Shown here in pieces: positions 1 through 9,934 of a DNA stretch of 36,245 nucleotides (position 1 is its first letter; every line of letters starts with the position of its first letter). Location of the stretch: NCBI GenBank assembly GCA_030430125.1, contig JAUIGA010000001.1, positions 1 to 36,245 of the forward strand, read 5' to 3'. The notes below the pieces were generated by a model. It had not been told where the DNA came from, made no database searches, and worked only from the letters and a program-made list of their open reading frames with translations. Origin of the DNA: Chloroflexia bacterium (GTDB lineage Bacteria; Chloroflexota; Chloroflexia; Thermomicrobiales; UBA6265). A program made the position numbers and the translations under genes.

Positions 1-234
1 GATGCGAAGACCTACATCGTCGGCAGCCTGCCGCTCAGCCTGGAGTCCCTTGGCGGCGTCAACGGTCTGCTGCTCAGCATCGAGCGGTTCGGGCACGGAC
101 TTGACTATCTCGACCGGTTCCCGGACTTCATCAACGCGATCACCGTTGATGATCTGCAGCGCGCCGCACAGGAGCATCTGAACGCGGACCACGTGGTTAT
201 CGGCGTGGCCGGACCGGGCACGGAAGGCAGGTGA
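1..234 (+). CDS. C-terminal end of a peptidase M16 (insulinase-like) family protein; partial, 5' end lies outside the window
   Basis: Frame 1 is open from base 1 to TGA at 232-234, with G/C-rich third positions. The tail ...FPDFINAITVDDLQRAAQEHLNADHVVIGVAGP resembles M16 peptidase C-termini. This is family recall on a short fragment only. Confidence 0.45.
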   Translation, partial: DAKTYIVGSLPLSLESLGGVNGLLLSIERFGHGLDYLDRFPDFINAITVDDLQRAAQEHLNADHVVIGVAGPGTEGR

Positions 235-905
235 CGATGAAGCTGCTGTCGGTCAACGTGGGCCTCCCCGCTCCGCTGCTGGACGATCGCAGCGGGCGAA
301 CCGTACTCTCCGGCATTCGCAAACGCAAGGTCACCACCGCAACGGTCGCTGTCGGTCGGACCAACATTGTTGGGGACGGCCAGGCGGATCTCCAGGCCCA
401 CGGTGGTGTCGACAAGGCAGTGTACGTCTACTCGCACGACCACCTGCCGGCGTGGCTGGACGAAATTGGTTACGGTACGGGCGTCGATGCACCGTTCGGG
501 GAGAACCTCTCGGTCGCTGGCGTAGTCGAACATGGCATTCGCATTGGCGACCGTTGGCAGTGGGGCGATGCCGTGCTCGAGGTCGCGCAGCCGCGCTGGC
601 CCTGTTTCAAGCTCGGGCTGCACGCGGGACTTCGGAAGCTGCCCGCTCTGCTGATCGAGAGCGAGCGATCGGGCTGGTATTGCCGGGTTGTGATCGAAGG
701 TGAGGCATCCGTGACCGGGGATCTCACGCTTGTCCATCGTGATGACGACGCGCCGTCGATTGACGAGGTCTTCAGGGCCGCCAAAGGCAAGGTCGATCCT
801 GAGCGAGCGGCGGCCATCGCGTCGCATCCGGCCCTGGCGGCACGTTGGCGGGAGATGGTCGATCGCCGGTACCGTACATCCGAAACGGTTCGCCAGGGCG
901 TATAA
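231..905 (+). CDS. MOSC domain protein (YiiM-like, molybdenum cofactor sulfurase C-terminal domain family)
   Basis: 224-aa ORF. GTG at 231 overlaps the upstream stop (GTGA); an alternative ATG lies at 237. Motifs GDGQADLQAHGG..KAVYVY and GENL...GDRW..G.AVLEV.QPR.PC.KL are typical of MOSC proteins. Confidence 0.8.
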   Translation: MTMKLLSVNVGLPAPLLDDRSGRTVLSGIRKRKVTTATVAVGRTNIVGDGQADLQAHGGVDKAVYVYSHDHLPAWLDEIGYGTGVDAPFGENLSVAGVVEHGIRIGDRWQWGDAVLEVAQPRWPCFKLGLHAGLRKLPALLIESERSGWYCRVVIEGEASVTGDLTLVHRDDDAPSIDEVFRAAKGKVDPERAAAIASHPALAARWREMVDRRYRTSETVRQGV

Positions 906-949
906 CGGAATAGCTATGTTTCGTTACACGCCATCCTGGAGAACCCGCG

Positions 950-2599
950 ATGAGCTGGACATCGGACTGGGGCCGTAAAATCCCGAATCTGCTGGTGGGC
1001 GCGCTTGCCGGCATCGTGGGGGCGATCGTCACCGCCCTCGCGATGGCGGCAAGCCGCTACTGGCTTGGCATCATGCCTCCGCCGGAGTCGGTGCCGGACC
1101 GCGTCGCGCCGCTGCTCGACATCGACACCTTCTTCGACATGTTTGGCACCTACGGTGGCTACAACGGCCTGAAACAGTTCGGCATCGTGTCCGGGCTGCG
1201 CGGCCTGTTGACGGCCGGCATCGTGGTGGGAGTGCTCTACGCGATCGTGATCGAAAGCCGCGTGTCGCGACGGTCCACGAAATGGTACTTCGGCGTGTCG
1301 CGGCCGGCGTGGCTGTTCCTCATCGGCGCGGTACTGACAGTCTGGATCGCGTTCGTCGCCCTCCTGTGGCCCGTGCTGCCCGGCAACTACATCGGTATCC
1401 CCTACTCCCAGGCCCGGGTGTTGTCGATCGTTGCGTTGCTGACATGGTTCGGTCTCTTCGCGGCAACGGTGATGCTGGTCTACCGCGCCACCACACAGCG
1501 TGCAGGGCCGTCAGCCGTTGAAGGTGAGCCAGAAGCGACAGTCGAGGAGCAGCCTGTCGCGGACGCCGTGAGCCGGCGCGGTATCGTGGCCGCGGGCGCC
1601 GGGGCGGTTCTGGTCTGGCCGGTGTACCGGCTGATCGAGCGGATGTATGACGACGCAACCTTCACCTATGACGGTCGCCCCTACAGCGGCGCGGATATCC
1701 AGCCGATCACACCAAACAATCGCTTCTACACCGTTACGAAGAATGTGGTCGATCCCGACGTGAACCGGGACCGATGGCGACTCGAGATTCGCGGCGCGAT
1801 CGACAACGACATCACGTTGTCCTTTGACGACCTGCAGGACTTCGAGCAGGTGGACCAGGAATCGACCCTGATGTGCATCAGCAATCGCATCGGCGCCGGC
1901 CTGTTCAGCAACGCGGTCTGGCGCGGTGTGCGCATGCGGGATGTGTTGATGGCCGCCGGCGTGCACGACGACGCCTTCGAATTGAAACTGTCGGGGGCCG
2001 ACGCGTATGTCGACACCTTCGGTATGGACTATGCGACCGACGAGAACACCCTGATCGTCTACGAGATGAACAGCGAGCCGCTGCCCCGCACACACGGGTA
2101 CCCGGTGCGGGTGATCGTGCCGGGGTTGTTCGGCGAGAAGAACATCAAGTGGGTGACGCGCATCGAGGTGGTCACTGAGGACGAGCAGGGATTCTACGAG
2201 CAGCAGGGGTGGGGCCCCAACTTCGTGCCACCGACACGATCGGACATCTTCCGGCCACGGACGCTCGGTGCGGGTCAGCGGGCCACCTTCCGCGAGGCGA
2301 TCCCGGCGGGTACGACGGTTGACCTGCGCGGTCGCGCGTTCGCGGCGGATCGCGGTATCCGCTCGGTTGAGGTGACGACGGACGATGGCGAGACATGGAG
2401 CCCGGCGACCGTCTACTATCCCGGCACGGACCTGACCTGGGCGCTCTGGCAGTTCCAGTGGGTCCCGGCGCAACCCGGCGAATACCGGGTGTACTCCCGT
2501 GCTGTCGACGGCAACGGCGATCCGCAACCGTCGGAGGCTCGCGGCATCATCCCGCAGGGCGCGCAGGGTTACAACATCGTCACCGCGACGGTGGTGTAG
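950..2599 (+). CDS. Membrane-anchored molybdopterin oxidoreductase of the sulfite oxidase (SUOX) fold, with a C-terminal Ig-like dimerisation domain
   Basis: 549-aa ORF with GGAG about 10 nt upstream of the ATG. The N-terminal ~190 aa hold several hydrophobic helices. The remainder carries ESTLMCISNRIG (Mo-ligand Cys context) and HGYPVRVIVPGLFGEKNIKWVTRIEV, both typical of the family. Confidence 0.85.
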   Translation: MSWTSDWGRKIPNLLVGALAGIVGAIVTALAMAASRYWLGIMPPPESVPDRVAPLLDIDTFFDMFGTYGGYNGLKQFGIVSGLRGLLTAGIVVGVLYAIVIESRVSRRSTKWYFGVSRPAWLFLIGAVLTVWIAFVALLWPVLPGNYIGIPYSQARVLSIVALLTWFGLFAATVMLVYRATTQRAGPSAVEGEPEATVEEQPVADAVSRRGIVAAGAGAVLVWPVYRLIERMYDDATFTYDGRPYSGADIQPITPNNRFYTVTKNVVDPDVNRDRWRLEIRGAIDNDITLSFDDLQDFEQVDQESTLMCISNRIGAGLFSNAVWRGVRMRDVLMAAGVHDDAFELKLSGADAYVDTFGMDYATDENTLIVYEMNSEPLPRTHGYPVRVIVPGLFGEKNIKWVTRIEVVTEDEQGFYEQQGWGPNFVPPTRSDIFRPRTLGAGQRATFREAIPAGTTVDLRGRAFAADRGIRSVEVTTDDGETWSPATVYYPGTDLTWALWQFQWVPAQPGEYRVYSRAVDGNGDPQPSEARGIIPQGAQGYNIVTATVV

Positions 2600-2638
2600 C
2601 GCGGCCTGCACACCGGGGACCGTCACGGAGGTGCCTCG

Positions 2639-3472
2639 ATGCATGATCAGGACGAAACGTCGTTCCTCGCCGACGTCGCCGGAGTGCTGTTCGACGTCGA
2701 CGGAGTCTTGCGCAACGGTATACACCCGGTGCCCGGCGCCGCGGCCGTCCTGACGGGCCTTGATCGCGCCGGAGTCGACTACTGCCTGCTGACCAACAAC
2801 TCGACGCACAGCCGCGCATCGTTGCTGGCGGAGCTGGCGTCGATCGGGTTCGAGGTGCGCGAGGATCGGTTGTTCACCGCCGCCACCGCGACGGCGGTCT
2901 GGGTAGCGCAGGAGAACTCGGGCCGGCAATGCCTGATCCTGGTCGCACCGGATGCACTTGCCGAGTTCCGGCGTGCGGGGGTGACGCTCGCTCCACCGGA
3001 TGCTGTGGATCGCGCGGAGGTCGTCGTGATCGGCGGCGCGGGGCCGCACTTTCGGTACGACCGGCTCAACGCCGCGTTCCGGGCGTTGCTTGCTGGCGCG
3101 GAGCTTGTGGCGGTCCACCGCAATACGTCGTGGATGACGGAGTCCGGATTGTCACTCGACAGCGGTCCCTTCATCGCCGCGCTGGAACAGGCGACGGGCG
3201 CAACCGCCGCTCTCGTCGGCAAACCGGCGGCGCCATTCTTCGACGAAGCGATCGGGCACCTCGGCATCTCGACCGATCGCCTGCTCATGGTCGGGGACGA
3301 CCTGCGCGCGGACATCATGCCTGCCCGAGAGCTCGGCATGAAGACGGCCCTTGTCCGGACGGGCAAACCAATCCCTGACGACCCGCCGATAGATGCCCGG
3401 AGCATCACGGTCGACTCGGTCGCGGCGCTCGACTGGTCGGCACTCGCCCGGACTCCAGGGAAGTACGCGTAG
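2639..3472 (+). CDS. HAD superfamily hydrolase, subfamily IIA (NagD-like sugar phosphatase)
   Basis: 277-aa ORF with GGAGG 7 nt upstream. Carries HAD motif I (FDVDGVL), LTNNS, and the C-terminal GDDLRADI motif. Confidence 0.8.
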   Translation: MHDQDETSFLADVAGVLFDVDGVLRNGIHPVPGAAAVLTGLDRAGVDYCLLTNNSTHSRASLLAELASIGFEVREDRLFTAATATAVWVAQENSGRQCLILVAPDALAEFRRAGVTLAPPDAVDRAEVVVIGGAGPHFRYDRLNAAFRALLAGAELVAVHRNTSWMTESGLSLDSGPFIAALEQATGATAALVGKPAAPFFDEAIGHLGISTDRLLMVGDDLRADIMPARELGMKTALVRTGKPIPDDPPIDARSITVDSVAALDWSALARTPGKYA

Positions 3473-3492
3473 GCGTCGTAACGGAGGTCGCA

Positions 3493-4941
3493 TCACGTCC
3501 CGAGCTGGCGGAAGTGGACGAGGTTGGTCCGTCCGGCCTCGTGCGTCATTGGCAGGGAACCCACCAGAAGTCCGAAATCCCCTGAATCGGCCAGCCCTTC
3601 GTCGATGATGACCTGGCCGGCCTTCCGGAACACTTCGTCGGGATCGCGCTCGACCGGAACGACGATGCTGCGCACGCCCCAGACCAGTCCGAGCTTGCGT
3701 GCCGTGTCCTCGTTGTCGGCGACCGCGATGATCGGCGGTGTCGGCCGATACTTGGACACCCGGCGGACGGCAGAGCCGGTCTTGGTGAACACGACCAGGT
3801 AGCGCACCGGCGTGTCGACAGCCAACGCGTACGCCGCCCGGGCGATCGCGTCGGCGAACCGCTGGGACTGGTCTGTCTCGTCGAACGGCAGGTGCTTGGC
3901 CGCGTGCTCCGTGCGAATCGGGCCGTCACGCTCGACTTCCTTGATGATCCGGTCCATCGTGCGGACGGCCTCAATCGGGAACTTGCCAACTGCTGTCTCC
4001 GCCGACAGCATCACGGCGTCGGTACCGTCCCACACGGCATTGGCGACGTCACTCGTTTCCGCACGGGTGGCGACCGGTTGGGTGATCATCGATTCGAGCA
4101 TCTGGGTCGCGGTGATGACCGGCACGCCAGCCTCGTTGGCGACACCGATGATCTCCTTCTGCGCGCGTGGCACCTGCTCGGGCGGGAGCTGCACGCCAAG
4201 GTCGCCACGGGCAACCATCAGCGCGTCGGCTCCGTCGGCGATCGCGCGGAGGTTGGCGAGGGCTTCGGGGCGCTCGATCTTGGCGATCAGCCCTGGCGGG
4301 ACATCGCAGTGCTTGCGCGCCTCGGCCCGGGCAAGCTCCAGGTCGCTGGCGTCGTTGATGAAGCTGAGACCGAGGTAGTCGACACCCTCGCTCACGGCAA
4401 ACGCCACGTCCTCACGGTCGGCATCGGTGATGGCGCCACCCTTGATCAATGCGCCTGGCAGCGTCACACCCTGCTTGCCCAGCAGGAGCCCGCCTCGCGC
4501 GATGGTCGCGGTGGCATGATCGTTCTTGACGTCACTGACGTGGAGCTCGATGAGACCGTCGGAGATCAGCACCCGGGAGCCGGGCGAAACCACATCGAGC
4601 AGGGTCGACAGGTTGATACCGATCTGGTCCGCGGCGGTCGGTACCGCACCGGGCACGAGCCGCACCTGTGCGCCGCGTGCGAACGGCATGGGCTCGCTGC
4701 CATCGGCCAGTGGACCGGTACGGATCTTGAGTCCCTGCAGGTCGAACAGAATCGGTATTCGCCGGCCGACGTCGCTGGCCGCCGCGCGAACGGAGGCGAT
4801 CAGTTGATGCCGTTGCTCGTTGTTTCCGTGCGCCGCGTTGATACGGACGACATCCACACCGGCATTGAACAACAGTCGAAGACGCTCGCGGTTGCCCACA
4901 GCCGGACCAAGCGTCGAAACGATCTTGACGCGTCGTTCCAT
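3493..4941 (-). CDS. pyk: Pyruvate kinase
   Basis: 482 aa. N-terminus is MERRVKIVSTLGPA. Also carries MVARGDLGV and a C-terminal regulatory domain. GAGGAAA RBS lies upstream of the ATG at 4941. Confidence 0.95.
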   Translation of the reverse strand: MERRVKIVSTLGPAVGNRERLRLLFNAGVDVVRINAAHGNNEQRHQLIASVRAAASDVGRRIPILFDLQGLKIRTGPLADGSEPMPFARGAQVRLVPGAVPTAADQIGINLSTLLDVVSPGSRVLISDGLIELHVSDVKNDHATATIARGGLLLGKQGVTLPGALIKGGAITDADREDVAFAVSEGVDYLGLSFINDASDLELARAEARKHCDVPPGLIAKIERPEALANLRAIADGADALMVARGDLGVQLPPEQVPRAQKEIIGVANEAGVPVITATQMLESMITQPVATRAETSDVANAVWDGTDAVMLSAETAVGKFPIEAVRTMDRIIKEVERDGPIRTEHAAKHLPFDETDQSQRFADAIARAAYALAVDTPVRYLVVFTKTGSAVRRVSKYRPTPPIIAVADNEDTARKLGLVWGVRSIVVPVERDPDEVFRKAGQVIIDEGLADSGDFGLLVGSLPMTHEAGRTNLVHFRQLGT

Positions 4942-5064
4942 CGTGCGTGTTTCCTCGTTCCCGTGCGGTTCGCGTCTGCGACCGTATGGCTGCGCGCGAC
5001 ACGACGCCGTGTCGCGTGTGAGTTCCGCTCGCCATACTAGCAGGATTCGCGCTGCGTCGTGGGC

Positions 5065-5092
5065 CCCCGGCGCACGGTCGGGTGCGCCGGGG
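5065..5092 (-). terminator. Candidate transcript-end hairpin downstream of the ABC permease gene, in the pyk upstream region
   Basis: Perfect 11-bp stem CCCCGGCGCAC / GTGCGCCGGGG with a 6-nt loop. No U-tract follows on either strand, so it is not a canonical intrinsic terminator. A second 9-bp hairpin lies at 4995-5016. Confidence 0.3.
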
Positions 5093-5112
5093 ATGGTGGG
5101 AACGAGGTTGGT

Positions 5113-8100
5113 CTATTCGTACCGCAGGGCTTCCGCCGGCATCACGCGGGATGCCTGGCGCGCGGGAATCCATGCCATCAACAGCGCGGCGACGACTGAC
5201 CCGACCAGCATGATCACAATCAGGGTCCACGGCACAATGAAGGTCGTCTCCAGGCCCTGCGAGAAATCGTCACTCGTGATCAGCGTGTACGACAGGATCA
5301 GCCCCGTGATGCCACCGGCGAGCACGCCGAGTATCACGGTCATCGCCGACTCCAGTACGAACGCTCGCGCCACGGCCGTACGCTGGAACCCAATGGCTCG
5401 CAGCATGCCGATCTGCTGCCTTCGCTCGACCACCGCCCGGAATGCGATCACGCCGACGGTCGCGATACCGACGATGAGTCCCAGACCCATGAACCCTTGC
5501 AGGATGTACAGGAACGAGCGCTGTTGCGCTTGGCTGTCTTCGATCTCCTGGCGGATATCGCTCGCCTGTGCGCCGAACGGTAGCAGCGTGCGCTCGATGT
5601 CCTGCGCGGCCGTGGTGGTGTCCACCCCGTCGGCGAGCTTGATGAACCACGCCTTGGAGGGCTCGCCCTGGTCAGTGAACAGCGTGTCCGCCGTCGGTTC
5701 GCCTACGTAGACTCCGAACAGCGTCGAGATGGCGGTATCGATGACGCCGATGACGCGGATGTCGCGGGTCGTGCCATCGGGCGACATGGCCTGAACCACC
5801 GGGGCGTCGAAGCTGCCGGTTGACGGGAGGTCGAGCGAGAAGCCCCCCGGCCCGCCGAAGCCCTGATTGGCTTCAAGGGCAAAAGCGTCGACCACCATGA
5901 CATCCGGCTCGGTCATCAGAGCTTCGATGATGGCCGCGTCGTCGTCGTACCCGTTGGCCCGCGCCTGGAACGACAGCTCGGCTTCCGTGAGATAGGCGGT
6001 GTTTGCCACCTCGATGGGATACCCTTCCGCCTCGTCCTCGCCCGGGGCCAGGAACCGCATAGCCGGTGCCTGTTCCGGCGCCGTCAGCAATCCGACAGTG
6101 GAGATGACCGAGGTGTCGTATCCTTCGTTGTCCAGGGTCGCCACAAGGTCGTCGACCGGGTTCGTGGCGGTTGTTTCTACCTCCACATCCCAACCCGCGG
6201 TGGCTTTATCGCTCGTGAACGCGGCGGAGAAGTTCTCGTTGATGACCGAGATCACTATCAGCGAGAAGACGATGAGGCTGAACATCGCCACGGTCATGCC
6301 CGTGCGGCCCTTGTTGGCGCTCGGGTAGGATGCGGCCAGTCGGATCGATGGCAGCCAGCCCTTGAGGCGGGCGCCGGCCCGCTCGGTGATCGACAGGAAC
6401 CAGTCGATGTTCTGCATGATCACCAGGGTCGAGGCCGCGACGATGAAGATCCCCGAGACGAAGAACATCTCGATGTCGCCGGTGTAGGTGCCGAAGATGT
6501 CCTCGAACACGTCGCCGGGCAGCAGCCAGAAGACGAGCAGGTAGAGCCCCACAACCGTGAGGACCCAGCGCGGATGCCACCCGAAGAAGGTGACGATCGC
6601 GGCGAGCCCGAACGGCACCAGGGACATGCCGGTCGTGAACAGGAAGAGGCTTTCGCTCCCCTGCGCGCCGAGGATCATCAGCGCCCCGACGACCACCATG
6701 ACGACACCCCACACCAGCTGGCGGCGGTTGCGGTGCGGATGGTAGCTGTCGGGAATGTCCCGAACCGCCGCGACGACGTTGAGCCGGCTCACCCGCCACG
6801 ACGACACGGCGACCGCGAGGAAGGTGATGATCACACCGAGCGCATAGGCGATGACCATGCTGCGCGGCGCGACGTACGGCGAGATGTCGATGAAGTCTCC
6901 GAATGCCGCCTGCAACCCGTAGCCGATGGCCAGCGCGGCCACGACGCCGAGTCCGGCGCCGACGAGTCCGGCCAGGAGGGCATACCCGGTGCCTTCGGAG
7001 ATGAATTGCTGAATGAGCTGCCGTCGCTGCGCGCCGACCGCGCGCTGCATGCCCATCTCGGAGCGCCGCTCGGCCGCGAGCATTGTGAAGATCAGGACGA
7101 TCAGCAGGATGCCGACAGCGATCGAGAACAGCCCGAAGACGATGAAGAAGGTCACGAAGATGTTGGCGATCAGCTCCGCCTGTTCGACAAGATCCTGCTT
7201 GATGGCATTGATGCCAAGGTCGTTCGCCGCCAGCTCGGGTTCGAGCGCGTCGACGACCGCGTCGGTGTGATCGATGCCGTCGCGGGTCCCGCCGGTGTTG
7301 GAGATGCCGATTCCGCTGAGCAGGCCTTCCTTGCCGGACATCTGCTGCAGTGGGGCGAGCTGCATCGCCATGGCCGGGGCGTTCTGGTCGCTGAAGCTGC
7401 CAGTGAGGACGGAATCCTCGGCAATGGCCGCAACGTGCAGAACAACCGGAGCGTTGTTGAACGCAACAACGAGGTTGTCGCCGACCTGCGCGTCAAGCTT
7501 GTCGGCGCCCGTTTCGCTGAGCAGTACATCAGCGTCGCTGAAGGCGCCGAAGTCGACCCGGTTGCCGTCCAGGTCCGTGACTCCGCCGAGCGCCTCGTAG
7601 GACTCGGTGTCGAGACCGGCAACCATCACGAAGGGTTCCGACTGCACGGCGATGTCGGTGATCTGGTTCAACGAGGTGATGTCACCTGGCGTGTTGGTGT
7701 CGATGTTGATGGCCGGCGCCGGAGCGATAAGGATGCCGCCAACCGCGTCGACATCGTCCCGGTCGGCGACGAGGTCGCGCACGAGCTGCAACGACGATTC
7801 CGGGATGGTCTGGGTGATGATGGAGTTGATCTCCCCCTCACCGTCGCCATCGCTGGATGCGACCACGATCTCGTCAACCGGCCCGAGCTGCTGGTAGACA
7901 GCGGTACTGACCGAGTTGTTGAGCGTGTCGCCGGTGCCGAGCGCCGCAGCGATGATCAGGGTTGACAGCATCAACCCAACCACGATCAGCACCGTCTGCG
8001 CCTTGCGCCGCGGGATATTGCGGATACCGAGCTTGAAGATCACCGGGCGACGCCAGGCGATGAAGGCGATGACGGCGAGACAGGCGAACAGCAATACCAG

Positions 8101-8148
8101 CATGACCGCCATGATCGACGCCATGGAGATACCGAAGAGTTCTTGCAC
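5113..8148 (-). CDS. ABC transporter permease with two FtsX/MacB-type domains
   Basis: 1011 aa. GTG start at 8148 is preceded by GGAAGGAG. There are two blocks of 4 TM helices, each following a large extracytoplasmic region. It lies 36 nt downstream of its ATPase. Confidence 0.85.
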   Translation of the reverse strand: MQELFGISMASIMAVMLVLLFACLAVIAFIAWRRPVIFKLGIRNIPRRKAQTVLIVVGLMLSTLIIAAALGTGDTLNNSVSTAVYQQLGPVDEIVVASSDGDGEGEINSIITQTIPESSLQLVRDLVADRDDVDAVGGILIAPAPAINIDTNTPGDITSLNQITDIAVQSEPFVMVAGLDTESYEALGGVTDLDGNRVDFGAFSDADVLLSETGADKLDAQVGDNLVVAFNNAPVVLHVAAIAEDSVLTGSFSDQNAPAMAMQLAPLQQMSGKEGLLSGIGISNTGGTRDGIDHTDAVVDALEPELAANDLGINAIKQDLVEQAELIANIFVTFFIVFGLFSIAVGILLIVLIFTMLAAERRSEMGMQRAVGAQRRQLIQQFISEGTGYALLAGLVGAGLGVVAALAIGYGLQAAFGDFIDISPYVAPRSMVIAYALGVIITFLAVAVSSWRVSRLNVVAAVRDIPDSYHPHRNRRQLVWGVVMVVVGALMILGAQGSESLFLFTTGMSLVPFGLAAIVTFFGWHPRWVLTVVGLYLLVFWLLPGDVFEDIFGTYTGDIEMFFVSGIFIVAASTLVIMQNIDWFLSITERAGARLKGWLPSIRLAASYPSANKGRTGMTVAMFSLIVFSLIVISVINENFSAAFTSDKATAGWDVEVETTATNPVDDLVATLDNEGYDTSVISTVGLLTAPEQAPAMRFLAPGEDEAEGYPIEVANTAYLTEAELSFQARANGYDDDAAIIEALMTEPDVMVVDAFALEANQGFGGPGGFSLDLPSTGSFDAPVVQAMSPDGTTRDIRVIGVIDTAISTLFGVYVGEPTADTLFTDQGEPSKAWFIKLADGVDTTTAAQDIERTLLPFGAQASDIRQEIEDSQAQQRSFLYILQGFMGLGLIVGIATVGVIAFRAVVERRQQIGMLRAIGFQRTAVARAFVLESAMTVILGVLAGGITGLILSYTLITSDDFSQGLETTFIVPWTLIVIMLVGSVVAALLMAWIPARQASRVMPAEALRYE

Positions 8149-8184
8149 TATGGTCTCCTTCCGGCCCTGGCCGGACGGTCAGCG

Positions 8185-8973
8185 TCAGGCAGTTGCAGGG
8201 GTGGCGAGGCCATCCACGCTGGCTGGGTTGTCGGCGTCATCCCGGGTTTCCTCGCCGATGATCTCTCCGTCCTGCATGCGGACGATGCGGTGCGCTTGCT
8301 GGCCGACGTGCGGGTCGTGGGTCACCAGCACGATGGTCAGACCGTGGTCCCGGTTCAGGTTCGCCATCACATCCATGATGTCCTGCGCCGTCTTCGAGTC
8401 GAGCGCGCCGGTCGGCTCGTCGGCCCAGACTATGGCCGGGTTGTTCACCAGCGAGCGGGCGATCGTCACGCGTTGGCGCTGCCCACCGGACAGTTCGGCC
8501 GGTCGGTGCGATGCCCACTGCGCGAGGTCGACCTGTTCGAGCGCCTTCATCGCTCGCTTGCGCGCATCGCCGGGGCGAACCCCGGAAACCAGCAGCGGCA
8601 GCTCGACGTTCTCGACGGCGCTGAGCACCGGCAGCAGGTTGTAGACCTGGAAGATGAATCCCATCCGGCGCGCGCGGTAGTCGGTGCGCTTCTTGTCGCC
8701 CATCGTGGCCAGATCCTGCCCTTCGAGCCAGATCTGCCCGGCATCGATGGCGTCGAGCCCGGAGAGCGTGTTCAGCAATGTCGTCTTGCCGCAGCCAGAC
8801 GGCCCCATCACCGCGACCATCTCTCCCCGATCGACCGAGAACGAGATGCCCTTCAGGGCTTCCACGCGCATGGTGCCGGTGTCGTAGGTCTTCACGACGT
8901 CACGGGCGACGATGATCGCGTCCGTGTCCGTCGGCGCAGTTGCCGTGTTCTTTGATCGCAATCGTCCCAACAT
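8185..8973 (-). CDS. ABC transporter ATP-binding protein (MacB/LolD-like)
   Basis: Walker [10 protein letters not shown], signature LSGGQRQR, Walker [14 protein letters not shown] place the start at ATG 8973 (MLGRLRSK...) because GGAGGAG sits about 8 nt upstream. The track ORF extends to 9087 without support. Confidence 0.9.
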   Translation of the reverse strand: MLGRLRSKNTATAPTDTDAIIVARDVVKTYDTGTMRVEALKGISFSVDRGEMVAVMGPSGCGKTTLLNTLSGLDAIDAGQIWLEGQDLATMGDKKRTDYRARRMGFIFQVYNLLPVLSAVENVELPLLVSGVRPGDARKRAMKALEQVDLAQWASHRPAELSGGQRQRVTIARSLVNNPAIVWADEPTGALDSKTAQDIMDVMANLNRDHGLTIVLVTHDPHVGQQAHRIVRMQDGEIIGEETRDDADNPASVDGLATPATA

Positions 8974-9232
8974 ACAGGCGCTCCTCCGGTGCAACCACCC
9001 GGCGCAATCCAGCACCATCGCCGGATCGCGCCGTGTCTCGATGTTTCGTCGGTTGGTGTGGGCGGCGCAACAAGGACGCCACCACACGGAGATTACGCGC
9101 AGAATGTGTCACGTCTGTTACAGAAACCGAAAATCGGTATGTCACTCCAGCCGGGCTGGGCTCGTTGGACGTGGCTTGTATGCTTGTTGGCGTGGCCGAA
9201 GCATGGTCGTCGACGGGAAGGCACGGTGACTG

Positions 9233-9874
9233 GTGGACACGATCGAGTCGGTGCTCGAGTTCTATCGAGAGCGATCGGACCAGGTCCTGGAGCTGACATG
9301 GAACCATGTCGAGCTCAGCCTCCTCGCGCTTGGATTCGCGACACTGATCTTCGTGCCGCTTGGTGTCATCTTCTCGCGGATGACACGTGGCGGGTCCGGC
9401 TGGGTCGGTGCGATCGCGTCGATCCGCGTGATCCCATCCCTCGCGCTGGTCTTCCTGTTCTATCCCGTATTCGGGTTCGGGTACGAACCGGCGCTGGTCG
9501 CCCTAACGGTGCTGGCCGGACCGCCGTTGATCCTCAACACCTACGCCGGCATGCGGCAGGTGGACGCGTCGATCCTCGAAGCCGCGCGCGGTGTTGGCAT
9601 GAACCCTGCGCAGGTGTTCTTCAAGGTGCATCTGCCGCTGGCGCTGCCCGTGATCGTGGCAGGCATGCGGTCGGCATCGGTCGAGATCTTCGCGAGCGCC
9701 ACCCTGGCATCCTTCATCGGTGTCAAGACGCTCGGTCAGTACATCATTACGGGCATATCCCTGCTGGATACGACCTACCTGCTGGCCGGAGGGTTGCTGA
9801 TCGTGGCGTTGGTGCTGGGGGCCGAAGCCATACTCGGTGCAGTTGAACGACTGGTACGCCCACCTGTGGCATGA
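9233..9874 (+). CDS. ABC transporter permease, glycine betaine/choline/carnitine (OpuCB/OpuBB-like) type
   Basis: 213 aa, GTG start. It is a polytopic BPD-transporter-type permease and resembles the second permease at 12114-12755. Confidence 0.85.
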   Translation: MDTIESVLEFYRERSDQVLELTWNHVELSLLALGFATLIFVPLGVIFSRMTRGGSGWVGAIASIRVIPSLALVFLFYPVFGFGYEPALVALTVLAGPPLILNTYAGMRQVDASILEAARGVGMNPAQVFFKVHLPLALPVIVAGMRSASVEIFASATLASFIGVKTLGQYIITGISLLDTTYLLAGGLLIVALVLGAEAILGAVERLVRPPVA

Positions 9875-9934
9875 TAGTGCCCTTACGGGTCCGAAACGGC
9901 AGATGCCAGTCAAGGACGGAAAGGAACGCAGACA

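Noticed and set aside
8974-9087. N-terminal extensions implied by the longest ORFs (8185-9087, 10863-12080, 14092-15675, 15202-16740, 16773-17735, 19729-21681, 29528-31939)
   Set aside because: The extensions overlap neighbouring genes or lie antisense to them, are Arg-rich junk, and lack an RBS. Internal starts with Shine-Dalgarno sequences align with the beginnings of the conserved domains.
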